Positions 43,701-53,267 of a stretch of 64,000 nucleotides of DNA are shown in pieces. Where the stretch lies: positions 32,001-96,000 of IMG/VR virus record IMGVR_UViG_3300033066_001190. One strand, 5' to 3'. The translations under genes were made by a program, and so were the position numbers. Within the stretch, counting starts at the first letter, position 1; every line of letters begins with the position of its first letter. The notes beneath the pieces were generated by a model. It did no database searches. It was not told where the DNA came from and saw only the letters and a program-made list of their open reading frames with translations. The stretch comes from a virus. Its lineage: Duplodnaviria; Caudoviricetes.

Positions 43701-46700
43701 TAGATCAAAATGAACAAGATTACAATGTTTTAGTTGATAGATATGCCGAAGCTGATGAGTTGACAAAATTATCTCTCTTACCAGATTTAACAGCTCTTGA
43801 AAAACTTGTTAACAATCTATCTTTTGTTCTGGAGAATTTTAATGATGTAAGGGCTAAACACCTTGTAGAATCTGAGTTTTTGAAAATCTCTAAAAGCTTT
43901 GTTCCCGAAGAAATAATAGACGAATTAAATCCAGAAACTAAAGATGCTATATATGATGATAAAGAACAGGAATCTGCAAAAGATAGAGCTTCTAATCAAA
44001 TCATTTATCTATTAGCTTCTTTACCGAAATACATTAACAAAAACGGAGAAAAGGTATTAGCTTACAATCCTTTTATTGATGTAATTGAAGACATTACAGA
44101 GTTTGATTTAGCTTGGAATAGGTTAGCTAAAAAACTTACAGGAGTTAGAGATTATAAAGTGATGATTGAAAAAATTCAGGAATTGACAAAAACTAACCCC
44201 GAATATGAAGAATTATTAAAGTCTTTACCAAATCCAAATATGGATGGTAAAGAGTTAACTCTTTTAGAAATTCAGTTAAGAAATCAATTCATTAATACTT
44301 TTTCTCAGCCTTATGTACCATTAAAGTTTGCTTCATGGTGGAAAGATGAAAAAGGTCAATTGAGAATAAATACCAAAGAAGCCACTGGTAAATCATTTGA
44401 TTTATTAAAATTGGATTGGGATGAAAATATTCAATCTATTCCAAACGAATATAGAATATTGGATGAAACTACAGGTCAATATTCTATTGATATTGATAAA
44501 ATAACTAAAGATTTTGAAAACATCAACAAACTTCGTCCAAAAAGGAAAGAAGAGTTTTTAAAAGCTTTGGGATTTTCATTTTCACCACAAACATTAGAAT
44601 CTCCCGAATACCTAGATTTGATTACAGATAATCTTGTATTGGGTAAAATATACAACGCTATAAAAGATTTATCTAATCTCAAAAATGGTATTTTACCAAA
44701 TGGGTATGAATTAACTGATTTTGAAAAAGAGTTTGTAAATAAACCTGTTACATCAATTATTGATGCTATAAAAGTATCTAAACATGGAAAAGATAAAAAT
44801 AGTATTCAGAGATTAGGTGATTCTCCAATTTTAATTCAGGGTCAAAAAGACAACATAGAACAAATTCAAGCTATTGAAATAAATTATTCTGATAGGTATT
44901 TCTCTGATAATTTGTTGAATTCTGAAAACTCAAACGTTTGGGCAATAAGACCTTGGAGTCAACAATCTGTTTTATATAGTTATTTGAATGATCCTAAGTT
45001 TGAAACTTATGAAGATTTAATAAATGATCCAACAGGAGCTTATTTTGATATATCTAAAAACCCAGATGCTGATAATATTTATCTAAATTCTGTATTTGAT
45101 GTTGTAACAGGTAAACGTAGATTAGATAGGAAAGGTAATCCTGTAAAAATTAATCTCTATAACCATAATGGTTTAGAAATCAATTTTGGAAATGAAACAA
45201 AAGGTGGTAAAACAACCTCTCTTTCTAGGTTTGAAAAATTAGTACAAGATATAGCTCCATTGTTATTATCTGGAAACAAGGAGCATATTCGATATGGTGA
45301 TAAAACTACTTCTAATGGTACTGAAATTAGGTTTAAAAGGCTTGTAGAACCTAAAGCTGAAAACCCATACCTACCTGTAGATATATCTTCTTTTAAAAAT
45401 ACTTACCTCCCACAAGAAGCAAAAGCGATATTTAGGAGAATACTTCATTCTGCCCTCTATCAAACCAATCAATATTTTACTGAGGGTATAGGTAAAGATT
45501 TTTCTAACTTTAATCAAAATCTTGAAAAGGAAGAATATTGGGGATATTTTGATGGTATTCTCTCAGAAGAAACCAAAAAAGCTTTAATTAGTCAAGGTTT
45601 AATTGAAAAACCTCTTGATATATTTAAATTGATTGACGATAACTCAAAATTAATTTATAGGGATTTAGAGGTATTTCTTGAAAATGACGTAAAGAAAATA
45701 AAAAAAGAAGTAGAATCTAACTATGCTGTTTCTACCGAAGATTTTATTCCTAATGAACTTTTGAAGAAAACAATCTATGGTGAAACAGAACAACAAAGTT
45801 TAGAAACAATTTATAGGGCTTTTGCTATAAATTCTTACATCATGAATCTTGAACACACTAGATTATTGTTTCAAGATCCTAGATTTTATGATAATAAAAA
45901 AGGTAGTTATAGAGAACCTTTTAAACGTTATGCTAAAGCCTCTTCTACAGGAACTATAGCTGTAAATGATGACCAGCAAAATGAATTTTTACAAGGTAGT
46001 AGATTAGAAAAACAATTATACGATAGTAAAAATCCAGACAACAAATCTCCAGAATGGACAGAAACAGGTATTGAAAACAGTGTTATTTTTAATGATGTTG
46101 TTATTTCTGCTGATGATTTTGTAAACCAAATTGAAGATATATTCAAAGATAAACCTTTAGAAGAACAATTAGCTGTAAGAAAAGCTTATTCTGATATTAC
46201 TTCTACAGATGCTTTTGGTTTTTGTACATTTGATTGGTACAGACAGTGGGAAATTAGAAGTGGAAATGATAATTGGAACAATGAAAAGGAAGAATTATAT
46301 AAGAAAATTGTTACAAAACAACCTATTTCTGAAGACGAATTACTAAAATCTTTTGCTTTTTTCCCACCAAAAAAACTAAGGGTTGTTGGATTTACTTTTA
46401 ATAGGAAGACTAATAGGTTTGTACCTATAGATTATAAATTTGCAGTTTCTCCACTTTTACCTAATTTGGTAGAAGGTAAGACATATGAAGTTGTAAAAGA
46501 TAACATGTTAAGACAGAATATATCTTTGGGATTGTTTAAATCAGCCTCTAAGCATTCTGCAATTACATCTGATGGTAAATTTAATGATTTGTATAATAAA
46601 GATGGAAGCGTTAATACAGGTGATTATACAATTAACCCTATTTACTCTGAATTCATTTTTGAAGTGGTTGCATCTCCAAAAGATTATAAAGGAAGTGTAA

Positions 46701-49700
46701 GTTTTTCAACACAGTTGAGAAAATTGTTGTTTGTCAACTCTTTTAATAATGGAGTACCAATTGATTTTAAAGGTGATAATTGGGAAAGTTTATCTCAATC
46801 TGAAAAAATAAAACAGTCTAACATATATAGACTTGAACAAGAATTTGGGGATACAATAGATAAATTGGTTCAAAATGAGAAAGAAAAGCTATTAAAATCT
46901 CTTAATATAAAAATAGACTCTGAAGGAAATTACGATGTTTCTGAAGAAAAACTATCAGAGTTATTAGAAAAGGAGTTTAAGAAAAGAAATCTACCAAATA
47001 ACGTAATCAAAAGTATACAAACTGTAAATGGTAAATTTAAGTATGCTTTAGACGCATCTTTACAAAGAGAAACAATAGAACAGATAATTCTATCTATTGT
47101 AGATAATAGGTTAAGGAAACAAAAAGGTTTAGGAGAATCCCTCATTCAAGCCTCTTCTATCGGGTATGAAAACAAAACACTTGACAGAGTTAGTAGTTGG
47201 AAATCTATAAATGGTAATGATTTACCTTTTTATCAATATGTAAAAGATGGTAAAACTAAGGCTCAAAAGGTTAAAATAGCTCTACAAGGTGATTTTAAAA
47301 ATCTTTTAAATCTGCCTCAAGTAAAAACTCTTTCTGAAAGAAACGATATAAAACCTATAGAGGCTTTAAATACACTTCTTAAAGACGAAGGTTTTGTAGA
47401 TTCTATAAGAGATTTAATTACTATTACAGGTGTAAGGATTCCTGTACAAGGAACTAACTCTATGGAATTTATGGAAGTTTATGAATTCCTTCCAGAAGAA
47501 GCTGGTTCTGTAATTATTGTTTCTCCTGCTCTTGTAGCTAAATCAGGAGGTGACTTTGACTGGGATAAAATTACATCTTTATATCCTTCTTTTAATGTGA
47601 CAGAATCAGGTATACTGATTTATCCAAATCAATCAGAAAAAGTAAATGAATCTGTATATAGAAATTTAGTAAAAGAATTTGATAAAGAAATTAGCAATGT
47701 TCCTGATTTTTACAATAAATTAATAAAGAGTATTTTTGATATTTCTCCAGAAGATTTACAAGATGAGTTAGTATCAGAAGATATATTTCAAACTAAAACT
47801 GTTCCAAGTTTTAAAACATATAATAGAGTTCAAACTAAGAAAGCTTTGAACAATAGGTTAAATCAAATAATTAGAGAAACCTTAGAAAGACCTGATATGT
47901 TTGAATCTTTGGTTACACCAAACTCTACTTACTTGTTTGAAGATATTGCAGATAAGAGGTTAGAAGCAATTTCTAAAAATAAACCAACTTATTCTGATAT
48001 ACCTAGTGTGACAGAATCACTTAATCAGTTTGAATCAAACACTGTAGGTAAACAATCTTTGGGTATTGGTGCTATATGGAATACATTATTTTCACAAATG
48101 CAAAAAGCAGGAGTGGTTTTAAATAAAACCTATATTACCAACATTGATTCTGCTAAACCGTTAGTAAAACAAACAGTAAACAGACTTCCTCACAACAAAA
48201 CAAAATCAGGAAATATGTCTTTATCTGGGATTTATTCTCAGACTTATAAAGGAACAAAATATCCTATTTCAGAAGTTATATCTCAATTAATGAATGGTTG
48301 GGTGGATGTAGCTAAAAAAGATTGGATTTTCTATATTAATGGTAGAAAAGAAATAGCTCCTACATTATTATATACAGCTACAACAGGTGTTCATAAAGAT
48401 TTGTTAGTAGGCTTTTTTAATCAACCTATTTTGTACGAATACATAAAAAATCTACAAAATTACAAGTCTCAGATAGTAAGGTTAAAAGATGAAAATCTTT
48501 ACAACAATGCTAAAAAGAATGCTATTTATGATACATTGTCTAAATATTTACCAGAATCTATTCTAAATGACTTAACAACTGCTTTTGAAAACGGTTCTCA
48601 AGGTTGGGAATTTTGGAATTACATAAATGTAGAATTGCGAAACTTAGCTGATTCTAATCCAGAAGCATTTGAACCAGAATCATTTATGAAGTTTGCTATT
48701 CCTGTAGATAAAAAATTAGCAATCCCTTCAACAGATCAAGAAAAATTAAATCAGGCTCTTTACTTAGTTCAATTTTTAGAATTACAAGAACAGGGTAATA
48801 TTGTTGAAAAATTGAGAAGGGTTGTTAATCAAGACACTGAAAAACCTGTCAATATTCAATATTCTAAAGAAAGACAGGTTAGAAGAGTTGAGTTAAAGGA
48901 TTATAGATTGATTCCAGAGGAGTATATTGAAAAAATGGCTAACGAATCTGTAATCAAAGGATTTACTCATTCTAAAACAGGTATTGATAAATTTGTTGAA
49001 AAGCTGACAAAAAATGTATTTGAAATAACAAATCATCCAGTTTTTAATAGATTTTTGTATGATGAATTTAATAAACCGACAAAAAATAAATACAAGAATG
49101 AGGAAATTGTTGAATTTGGTAACAGTATACCGTTCTCAATAAAATATAACATTTACGAAGATTGGGTAAAAGCTGTTAAAAACCAGTTTATAGAATACCT
49201 ATATCAAAACTATGTCTATAAGCCAAATACTACACAAAAAGTAGCTAATTATATTTTTGAAAAAATGAAACCTTCTACAGCATTAGCTTTAGAACTAGAA
49301 AATATAAAAACTGCATATCCAGATTTAGTGGAAAATAATCTACTTTTACAATTCTTGATTAGAGATAATTCAAGGGAAAAAGTGGGAGGAAAACCTAAAT
49401 ATGTAAATCTTAAACTTAGAAAAGATAGAATTGATTCATCAACAAGCAATGTATTAACAGAAGCTTTTGAAGATTTATTAAATTCTGATATTTCAGAAAT
49501 ACAACAGTTTTCAAGAAAACTTGCTCATTTTGCATTTATTCAATCAGGTTTACAAAAATCCCCAATTTCTTTTGCAAATATCATTCCTCAAGAACATTAT
49601 GGGGAAGATGTTTCCAACATTATAAAAGCATTTTCTGAATTAATGACAGAAAATCCTTTACAGGCTAAAAGAGAAATACAGAAATTTTATGATGATTATT

Positions 49701-50407
49701 TTAAGAAGTATAACAGAAAATTCTTTATTGCTCAACAAATATTTGATCCTGCAATAGGTAAAGATGTTAATGACATAGATTTTCAAAGTGAAGCTTACAG
49801 ATTCCGTAATTTTGTGAATACAAGAGCTTATGATTTACTTTCTAAAAAACAAAATATAGAGATTAAAAAACAGCAAGAGTTTTTAGATTCTGTTAAAAAA
49901 ATGTCTACTATTTCAGACACCCCTTTTACAGAAACTACGGCTAAAGAAAATCCAAATAATTTTTATATTTACGAATTCAATGAAAGTAAATCTGGAAAAT
50001 TGGGATCATCAAAAGTTAGAGAAGGTGGAAATAACACTGCTGCTATTATTTTAATGAAACAAGCTAAAGTGGAAGGCGGTAATTGGACAGATGATACATA
50101 TGCATCTAACATTAACCAAATAGATAGCTCTATTTCAGAAGCAATAGCAAAAATTCAACAACAAAAACCAGAGTCTATTGTTTTCCCTACAAATCTTACA
50201 CAATTTTCTAAATTACAACAATTTGCTCCTAAGACGGCTGCATATTTATACAAAGCATTACAAGATAATTTTGGAATAGATATAAAACCTGCTGATTTTG
50301 ATAATTTTAAAGAAGCACCTGCTGTTGAACCTACTGTAACTACAGAAGTAAAACCTATAAATGATATTATTAAAGATTTAGGAGAAGATCCTTTAACAAA
50401 ATGTTAA
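37709..50407 (+). CDS. Giant virion RNA polymerase polyprotein with zincin domain
   Basis: RIPVQG.NS...GGDFDWDK (DxDxD at 47552-47566), STQLRKL, GK..LGI.A, ISQLMNGWVDVAK; HEAFH...EE..AE.F at 43196-43330. Confidence 0.88.
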   Translation: MAETLKDLYGKLEKANIKLPDYDTFEKKYNTPEGADVLYKKLNSANIKLPDVESFKSKYFTTSTSDNLVKQDSDNIITKNLKNIVSNVTGYQFDQPEQKGIDFVFGKDKQNRSINTPSATITIDEESEPNYKLAALQTTGKVNLTPEDMDNPYVVERVRANKRNIDDQIQKVKDAYIETKDTDVLFSGIEDLKKIYQTKEGSFVKNQLDKDSKKIEEEIKLLENYKTENSGKGSELFPDEAEKIVGKKGILTKADVGNRLKELYAIRNTPKKELDDLLQVDESLNQVAKSLIKYKDDLAEAARETPEILVNQKEDNLLYNLAEYGTKVSNTNSKELYDANLLKFKKRIASDEQGNFIDLRQLLSNTTNNDYYTSNLVGDRAKFQEDTYNGIKALRDNIALAKDEKYGIPAQIKRLQQEKQQLIDTYAKANVPVPEQELRAFDDIIKYNENKLTNQNALSKKLDEIEKQYLSEYKDVKQYKEDNTKLSELYLKDSSKVGVLDQVSLEAKPFYKTLYGITGGVAQAIEQNITLPLEEKTGIISKEQRIAQSLDNYYAINNVNFLYVPDAIKNRQSIKITKDDKAPLGFKINDVNVRAALSEGVNTFIQSYAFGKAGQLFGKASGLSGAIGEELGTVWGGAFTSNVMMSEIDDQNIEKFLRGEIKFDDIVPKSTLEKTLEGATEAIWIPELKVLDHAGQEIVKKYALGKFLQESVGRKMLSDDFKYLAKTVVKNAIEVPLHESIEEIAGNAGQDVIDIAYKKSNLKYNPEENFTLLNNIQTALVTTISMWVTSAVGITSSALNRASIGDTYNYEIAKNADEFYNYAVAGINELDNKEFSKIYPQFASKQEAISTTKKVYDQYKQLFNEAAPTTSMLVSDVDKQNYFNILMDLKKMSLEPATEENTKKAAILLSKKLAYDVKASELRNKPIKERLSATLDESIDQLATDDINVPTLQATILQMEKWKTLLGDDKQYTKDVQRLDNKIAEVKQRIIDLTPVSDKPQEQVTPEPVEEIKSDNSFEKIKSEIDNLPKEEIKTLQSLSEIEARYPNLSESDQEKLYDYVDTKLNSLEKEADKVSTFKDKTGKEFSLTKKDQILVNGEVFNPISYENNRLKGKYLNNSQEISLNPEDFEISTDKEAINKVLSKTKKEETKETEDFISAETLLDKEPKATSSDIEAQKADIERRKQEELIIPNTNTSLYDSVKKLEKGIEDITNKIAELEKEGKGNIANQRTGVTSLSGLATDRKRLEDIREKELEKINKINAKYDAELAALEGKKEETKPVEEVEPVSNEELEKELLQINEQIKDALNDETSTITVEELAKLANRQKEIKAALGITESKPETKEEKVEKVQEKETKITDSKLSKVYYPFSTTPQYVTKSGITDDPFIQIQSNALNKLKKENELKSYEDMGVFVTVMNNTFPLDEKHQPKNTLDAVNSGKITKERVEEGRIAVLTNKNGEPLYFDNDGNRTTSDKGTVVYQPLRGTIKDGKLDMSKQNIPTQEELKASGDLERFNIEIQRLTEVRLSKEPVTLKIAEITKGVDNFNKSERTKIDSNKYDILIKSNGYVVAKDKTNNIEAPIYRSTLEAAGLSDFIAAFMNMNNKEGLAANLKNDWQARRDFLEKVIYTSPARRIRFNEPNLFLTSSEEVSKLPVNVSQIYLNEKFDWYKWDGNKFIPDNFNTYQDFLADKLTVASVSPSYNSYIKLGEQISKETKPIQESPKPEQAPLIQSPVAKEFKKSNRSQGIKINTDAKGLSGVSKKTDLKRTKLLGKRITEEQNKIAKEWFDQYLKQSGANFEDLRDVVNSDAWATWSTAAIKLWQGGDFTDLYHEAFHDFSQLFLTKEQKKSLYDEVRKTKPRISDFEAEEIIAEDFRKYMLSGQKLILNNRVKRNTIFRKMYNFLRELFTGTPSLEVVYQKLANQNISSYKRNVDNALFGKLNKNIEGLTFTESVNLYRALDSLIAKQFREFGIPISRLFKEKEVIEKTYQQVALDLKAALDQNEQDYNVLVDRYAEADELTKLSLLPDLTALEKLVNNLSFVLENFNDVRAKHLVESEFLKISKSFVPEEIIDELNPETKDAIYDDKEQESAKDRASNQIIYLLASLPKYINKNGEKVLAYNPFIDVIEDITEFDLAWNRLAKKLTGVRDYKVMIEKIQELTKTNPEYEELLKSLPNPNMDGKELTLLEIQLRNQFINTFSQPYVPLKFASWWKDEKGQLRINTKEATGKSFDLLKLDWDENIQSIPNEYRILDETTGQYSIDIDKITKDFENINKLRPKRKEEFLKALGFSFSPQTLESPEYLDLITDNLVLGKIYNAIKDLSNLKNGILPNGYELTDFEKEFVNKPVTSIIDAIKVSKHGKDKNSIQRLGDSPILIQGQKDNIEQIQAIEINYSDRYFSDNLLNSENSNVWAIRPWSQQSVLYSYLNDPKFETYEDLINDPTGAYFDISKNPDADNIYLNSVFDVVTGKRRLDRKGNPVKINLYNHNGLEINFGNETKGGKTTSLSRFEKLVQDIAPLLLSGNKEHIRYGDKTTSNGTEIRFKRLVEPKAENPYLPVDISSFKNTYLPQEAKAIFRRILHSALYQTNQYFTEGIGKDFSNFNQNLEKEEYWGYFDGILSEETKKALISQGLIEKPLDIFKLIDDNSKLIYRDLEVFLENDVKKIKKEVESNYAVSTEDFIPNELLKKTIYGETEQQSLETIYRAFAINSYIMNLEHTRLLFQDPRFYDNKKGSYREPFKRYAKASSTGTIAVNDDQQNEFLQGSRLEKQLYDSKNPDNKSPEWTETGIENSVIFNDVVISADDFVNQIEDIFKDKPLEEQLAVRKAYSDITSTDAFGFCTFDWYRQWEIRSGNDNWNNEKEELYKKIVTKQPISEDELLKSFAFFPPKKLRVVGFTFNRKTNRFVPIDYKFAVSPLLPNLVEGKTYEVVKDNMLRQNISLGLFKSASKHSAITSDGKFNDLYNKDGSVNTGDYTINPIYSEFIFEVVASPKDYKGSVSFSTQLRKLLFVNSFNNGVPIDFKGDNWESLSQSEKIKQSNIYRLEQEFGDTIDKLVQNEKEKLLKSLNIKIDSEGNYDVSEEKLSELLEKEFKKRNLPNNVIKSIQTVNGKFKYALDASLQRETIEQIILSIVDNRLRKQKGLGESLIQASSIGYENKTLDRVSSWKSINGNDLPFYQYVKDGKTKAQKVKIALQGDFKNLLNLPQVKTLSERNDIKPIEALNTLLKDEGFVDSIRDLITITGVRIPVQGTNSMEFMEVYEFLPEEAGSVIIVSPALVAKSGGDFDWDKITSLYPSFNVTESGILIYPNQSEKVNESVYRNLVKEFDKEISNVPDFYNKLIKSIFDISPEDLQDELVSEDIFQTKTVPSFKTYNRVQTKKALNNRLNQIIRETLERPDMFESLVTPNSTYLFEDIADKRLEAISKNKPTYSDIPSVTESLNQFESNTVGKQSLGIGAIWNTLFSQMQKAGVVLNKTYITNIDSAKPLVKQTVNRLPHNKTKSGNMSLSGIYSQTYKGTKYPISEVISQLMNGWVDVAKKDWIFYINGRKEIAPTLLYTATTGVHKDLLVGFFNQPILYEYIKNLQNYKSQIVRLKDENLYNNAKKNAIYDTLSKYLPESILNDLTTAFENGSQGWEFWNYINVELRNLADSNPEAFEPESFMKFAIPVDKKLAIPSTDQEKLNQALYLVQFLELQEQGNIVEKLRRVVNQDTEKPVNIQYSKERQVRRVELKDYRLIPEEYIEKMANESVIKGFTHSKTGIDKFVEKLTKNVFEITNHPVFNRFLYDEFNKPTKNKYKNEEIVEFGNSIPFSIKYNIYEDWVKAVKNQFIEYLYQNYVYKPNTTQKVANYIFEKMKPSTALALELENIKTAYPDLVENNLLLQFLIRDNSREKVGGKPKYVNLKLRKDRIDSSTSNVLTEAFEDLLNSDISEIQQFSRKLAHFAFIQSGLQKSPISFANIIPQEHYGEDVSNIIKAFSELMTENPLQAKREIQKFYDDYFKKYNRKFFIAQQIFDPAIGKDVNDIDFQSEAYRFRNFVNTRAYDLLSKKQNIEIKKQQEFLDSVKKMSTISDTPFTETTAKENPNNFYIYEFNESKSGKLGSSKVREGGNNTAAIILMKQAKVEGGNWTDDTYASNINQIDSSISEAIAKIQQQKPESIVFPTNLTQFSKLQQFAPKTAAYLYKALQDNFGIDIKPADFDNFKEAPAVEPTVTTEVKPINDIIKDLGEDPLTKC

Positions 50408-50414
50408 AACAAAA

Positions 50415-53267
50415 ATGAGCTGTTCATTAAATAAAACAAAAAAATTAGCAAGAGATAAGGGTATCATGAATGAGTTTAACAACTTACCAAGTGATACACC
50501 TCAAAGTGTTAATAATTTTAACAAATTTGCTGCAAACATAAAAGATTTAGCAATTTCTAAATTTGGAAAGCTTCCTGAAGGACTAACTCAACCTATCCGT
50601 TTAGAAGGAATAAAGGTTATTTTTAATAGAGGGTTTTTTGAATGGGTTGATAGGGAAAATGATAAACTTTCTTCTAATCAAAATAAACTATTTCAAAAAC
50701 AGTCTCAAGAAGGCATTATAGCTTCTGAAAAAACCATTCGTGATTTAGCTGCAAGAATATCGGATAGAATAGGAATTCCTTATAAAATTATTTCCGATAG
50801 AACACAGGAATTCAAAGGAAAAATTGAAAGTAATACAGCTATAATTAACTTAGCTTATGCTACATTAGATACACCTATACATGAAATATTAGGGCATCCT
50901 ATTATTAGGGCTATTAAAAATAATAAAGTTTTATCTGAAAAAGAATTTACTCAAGAAATATATGAAGGTAAAAGAACTTTAAAAGGTAAAACTGTTTTAG
51001 ATGATTATATAGATTATCAATCTGAAAAATTACAGCAAAATAATTATCATAAATTATATCAAAACCTTCTTAAAGAACTTGAATACGGTAAAGGTAAAGA
51101 AGTATTAGATAGAATTAAAAGGGATTATGTTTATAAAGCAGACTTTAAAAGAGATAATATAATTAAACAAATAAATGATTTAAAGTTTGAAGAAAACCAG
51201 TATATAAAATGGGATGAAAAAGAAGCATTAGCTTCTGTTCAAGAAAGAAAAAAAGTATTAGAGGAGGAATTAGAAAAAAATTATTCTGCTAATAAATACT
51301 CTTTAGAAGAACAACAAGAAGAAGCTATTGTAGAATTATTGGGTTTAATGACTGCTGATAAACTAGATGCTGTAAAAGATGGTAAACTAATATCTCTTCT
51401 CAAAAGGCTTCTTAAAGAAATGAAGCAATTTGTTCGTTCTTTATTAAGACAAAGAAAAGTAGAAATAGACAAATTACCTGATAATATGACATTAGGTGAT
51501 TTAGCTGATTTATTAGCGTATTCTAATAGTAAATTAATACTACCTGGATATGAAGTAATTTACACTACTCCTGATAATCAACAATTTAAAACTTATGCGG
51601 AAGCAAGTAATCATATTAGTGAATTGACTAAAAGTGTCAGAGATGTTGATTTAGATAATATTAAAATTCAAAAAGAAAAAGTAAACAACCCTGATGATAT
51701 AATAGTAGATAGTTTTGAAATTAGACATGATGATAAAATGCCTTCAGAATATGTAAGAATTGATGGCAAATGGTATCAGGAAGTTTTTTATACTCCAGAA
51801 TACTCTGGAGATCCTGGAGTAGAACATTATCCTATTTCTGATGAAAAAATTATTTCTTTATTTAATTCTCCTGAACAAATAGGAGTTTTTAAAACAGGAA
51901 TTGATATTTTAGGTTTTATACAAAAAAACAAAGAATATGAACAATCTAAAGAAATTATAGAAGAATGGAAAAAAGTAAATAACATTCAATATAATCCCGA
52001 AGAAATATATTCAAGGGGTCAAGAGTTTAGTTCTGTTGTAGGAGCTTATTCTTCTTTTGATGTAAATCTTATGATGCAGAATCTTCTTCAACATATAGAA
52101 GATAACGAAAAAGCAGGTGGTAAATTTGCTATTTCTGCATTTACTAAACCTATTGATAAACAAATAGGTCATTTAGAAGGTGAAGGAGGTAAGATTAAAT
52201 TTAAAATTTACCCCAAATCAGAAGATATTTTATGGGCAGCTAATACAGATGTTTATTCAGGAAGTGTTTGGGATGCTTCTGAAAAAGTAAGCAAAGATAA
52301 AAAATCTGAATTGTTAGGAGTTAGTTATACTAAATATCCAGCTTTAGTAAATGTTAATAAAGTGCAACCTAATTTAGCTTCTATTGTAGATGACTTGGCA
52401 CATCATCATAACGAATTAGGTATAGTTCTTACAGGTAATAATTTTAGATTAGAATATGATGAAGATATTCCTTATTCTACTAAAAAAATTATTGATTCTG
52501 TTAATTCAATACTAGATGAAAAATATGGTAAATTAGTTAAACCTGAAATTAGTAAAATCACTACTATTCCAAATACATTTGAATATTGGCAACAAGATAT
52601 GTATGAAGATGGAGGAGTAGATAGATTTAAAATAAAAATTTATAAAAAAGATAATAAGTGGTTTGAAGAATTTTTTGATACTAGGGGACAATCTGAAAGT
52701 ATTAGAGAGATTACTTATAAAGAAGTAGAAACTCAATTTAATGAAGCATTAGCTTCTAATTCTACACTTACAAAAAACAAAGGTATTCAACCAACTCAAA
52801 CTAATGAAACTTTAAAAGAGAGTATTCAAAATATTATAAATAAAATTCCTAGACAAGGGGAATTTGATTATTATGAATCTGATGGATATTTTTACATAAC
52901 ACAAAATCAAACAGAAATAGGTGTTGTAGCTTCTAAAGAAGAAGCTCTTAAACAAATTAAAGAATTAAATAATGGTAATAAAGAATATACTTCTCAAGCG
53001 TTGATTAACACTAAAATAGCAAAATTAAAAGAAGTAGCTAAAAAATATCCAAGAAGTTTAATTAGAAGTGAAGTTAAAAAGGAAACGAACAAATATGGTT
53101 TAGAGCGTGAATTTTTTGGAGATGAATTACCTTTTCAAAAAATATCTTCGGTAAATTACCAATCTTTATTATCTTTAAAACCTAATACAGATATTACAGA
53201 ACAAGAATGGGATGAATTAGATCAAGAAGAAAAAGAAGTTATATTATATCAAGCTAAAAATTGCTAA
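50415..53267 (+). CDS. Large cargo protein with zincin-like (HExxGH) domain
   Basis: DTPIHEILGHP...EEAIVELLG. Confidence 0.55.
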   Translation: MSCSLNKTKKLARDKGIMNEFNNLPSDTPQSVNNFNKFAANIKDLAISKFGKLPEGLTQPIRLEGIKVIFNRGFFEWVDRENDKLSSNQNKLFQKQSQEGIIASEKTIRDLAARISDRIGIPYKIISDRTQEFKGKIESNTAIINLAYATLDTPIHEILGHPIIRAIKNNKVLSEKEFTQEIYEGKRTLKGKTVLDDYIDYQSEKLQQNNYHKLYQNLLKELEYGKGKEVLDRIKRDYVYKADFKRDNIIKQINDLKFEENQYIKWDEKEALASVQERKKVLEEELEKNYSANKYSLEEQQEEAIVELLGLMTADKLDAVKDGKLISLLKRLLKEMKQFVRSLLRQRKVEIDKLPDNMTLGDLADLLAYSNSKLILPGYEVIYTTPDNQQFKTYAEASNHISELTKSVRDVDLDNIKIQKEKVNNPDDIIVDSFEIRHDDKMPSEYVRIDGKWYQEVFYTPEYSGDPGVEHYPISDEKIISLFNSPEQIGVFKTGIDILGFIQKNKEYEQSKEIIEEWKKVNNIQYNPEEIYSRGQEFSSVVGAYSSFDVNLMMQNLLQHIEDNEKAGGKFAISAFTKPIDKQIGHLEGEGGKIKFKIYPKSEDILWAANTDVYSGSVWDASEKVSKDKKSELLGVSYTKYPALVNVNKVQPNLASIVDDLAHHHNELGIVLTGNNFRLEYDEDIPYSTKKIIDSVNSILDEKYGKLVKPEISKITTIPNTFEYWQQDMYEDGGVDRFKIKIYKKDNKWFEEFFDTRGQSESIREITYKEVETQFNEALASNSTLTKNKGIQPTQTNETLKESIQNIINKIPRQGEFDYYESDGYFYITQNQTEIGVVASKEEALKQIKELNNGNKEYTSQALINTKIAKLKEVAKKYPRSLIRSEVKKETNKYGLEREFFGDELPFQKISSVNYQSLLSLKPNTDITEQEWDELDQEEKEVILYQAKNC

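Noticed and set aside
37709-50407. Intein in the giant RNAP
   Set aside because: No C/S...HN-C/S/T splice junctions or LAGLIDADG motifs noticed.
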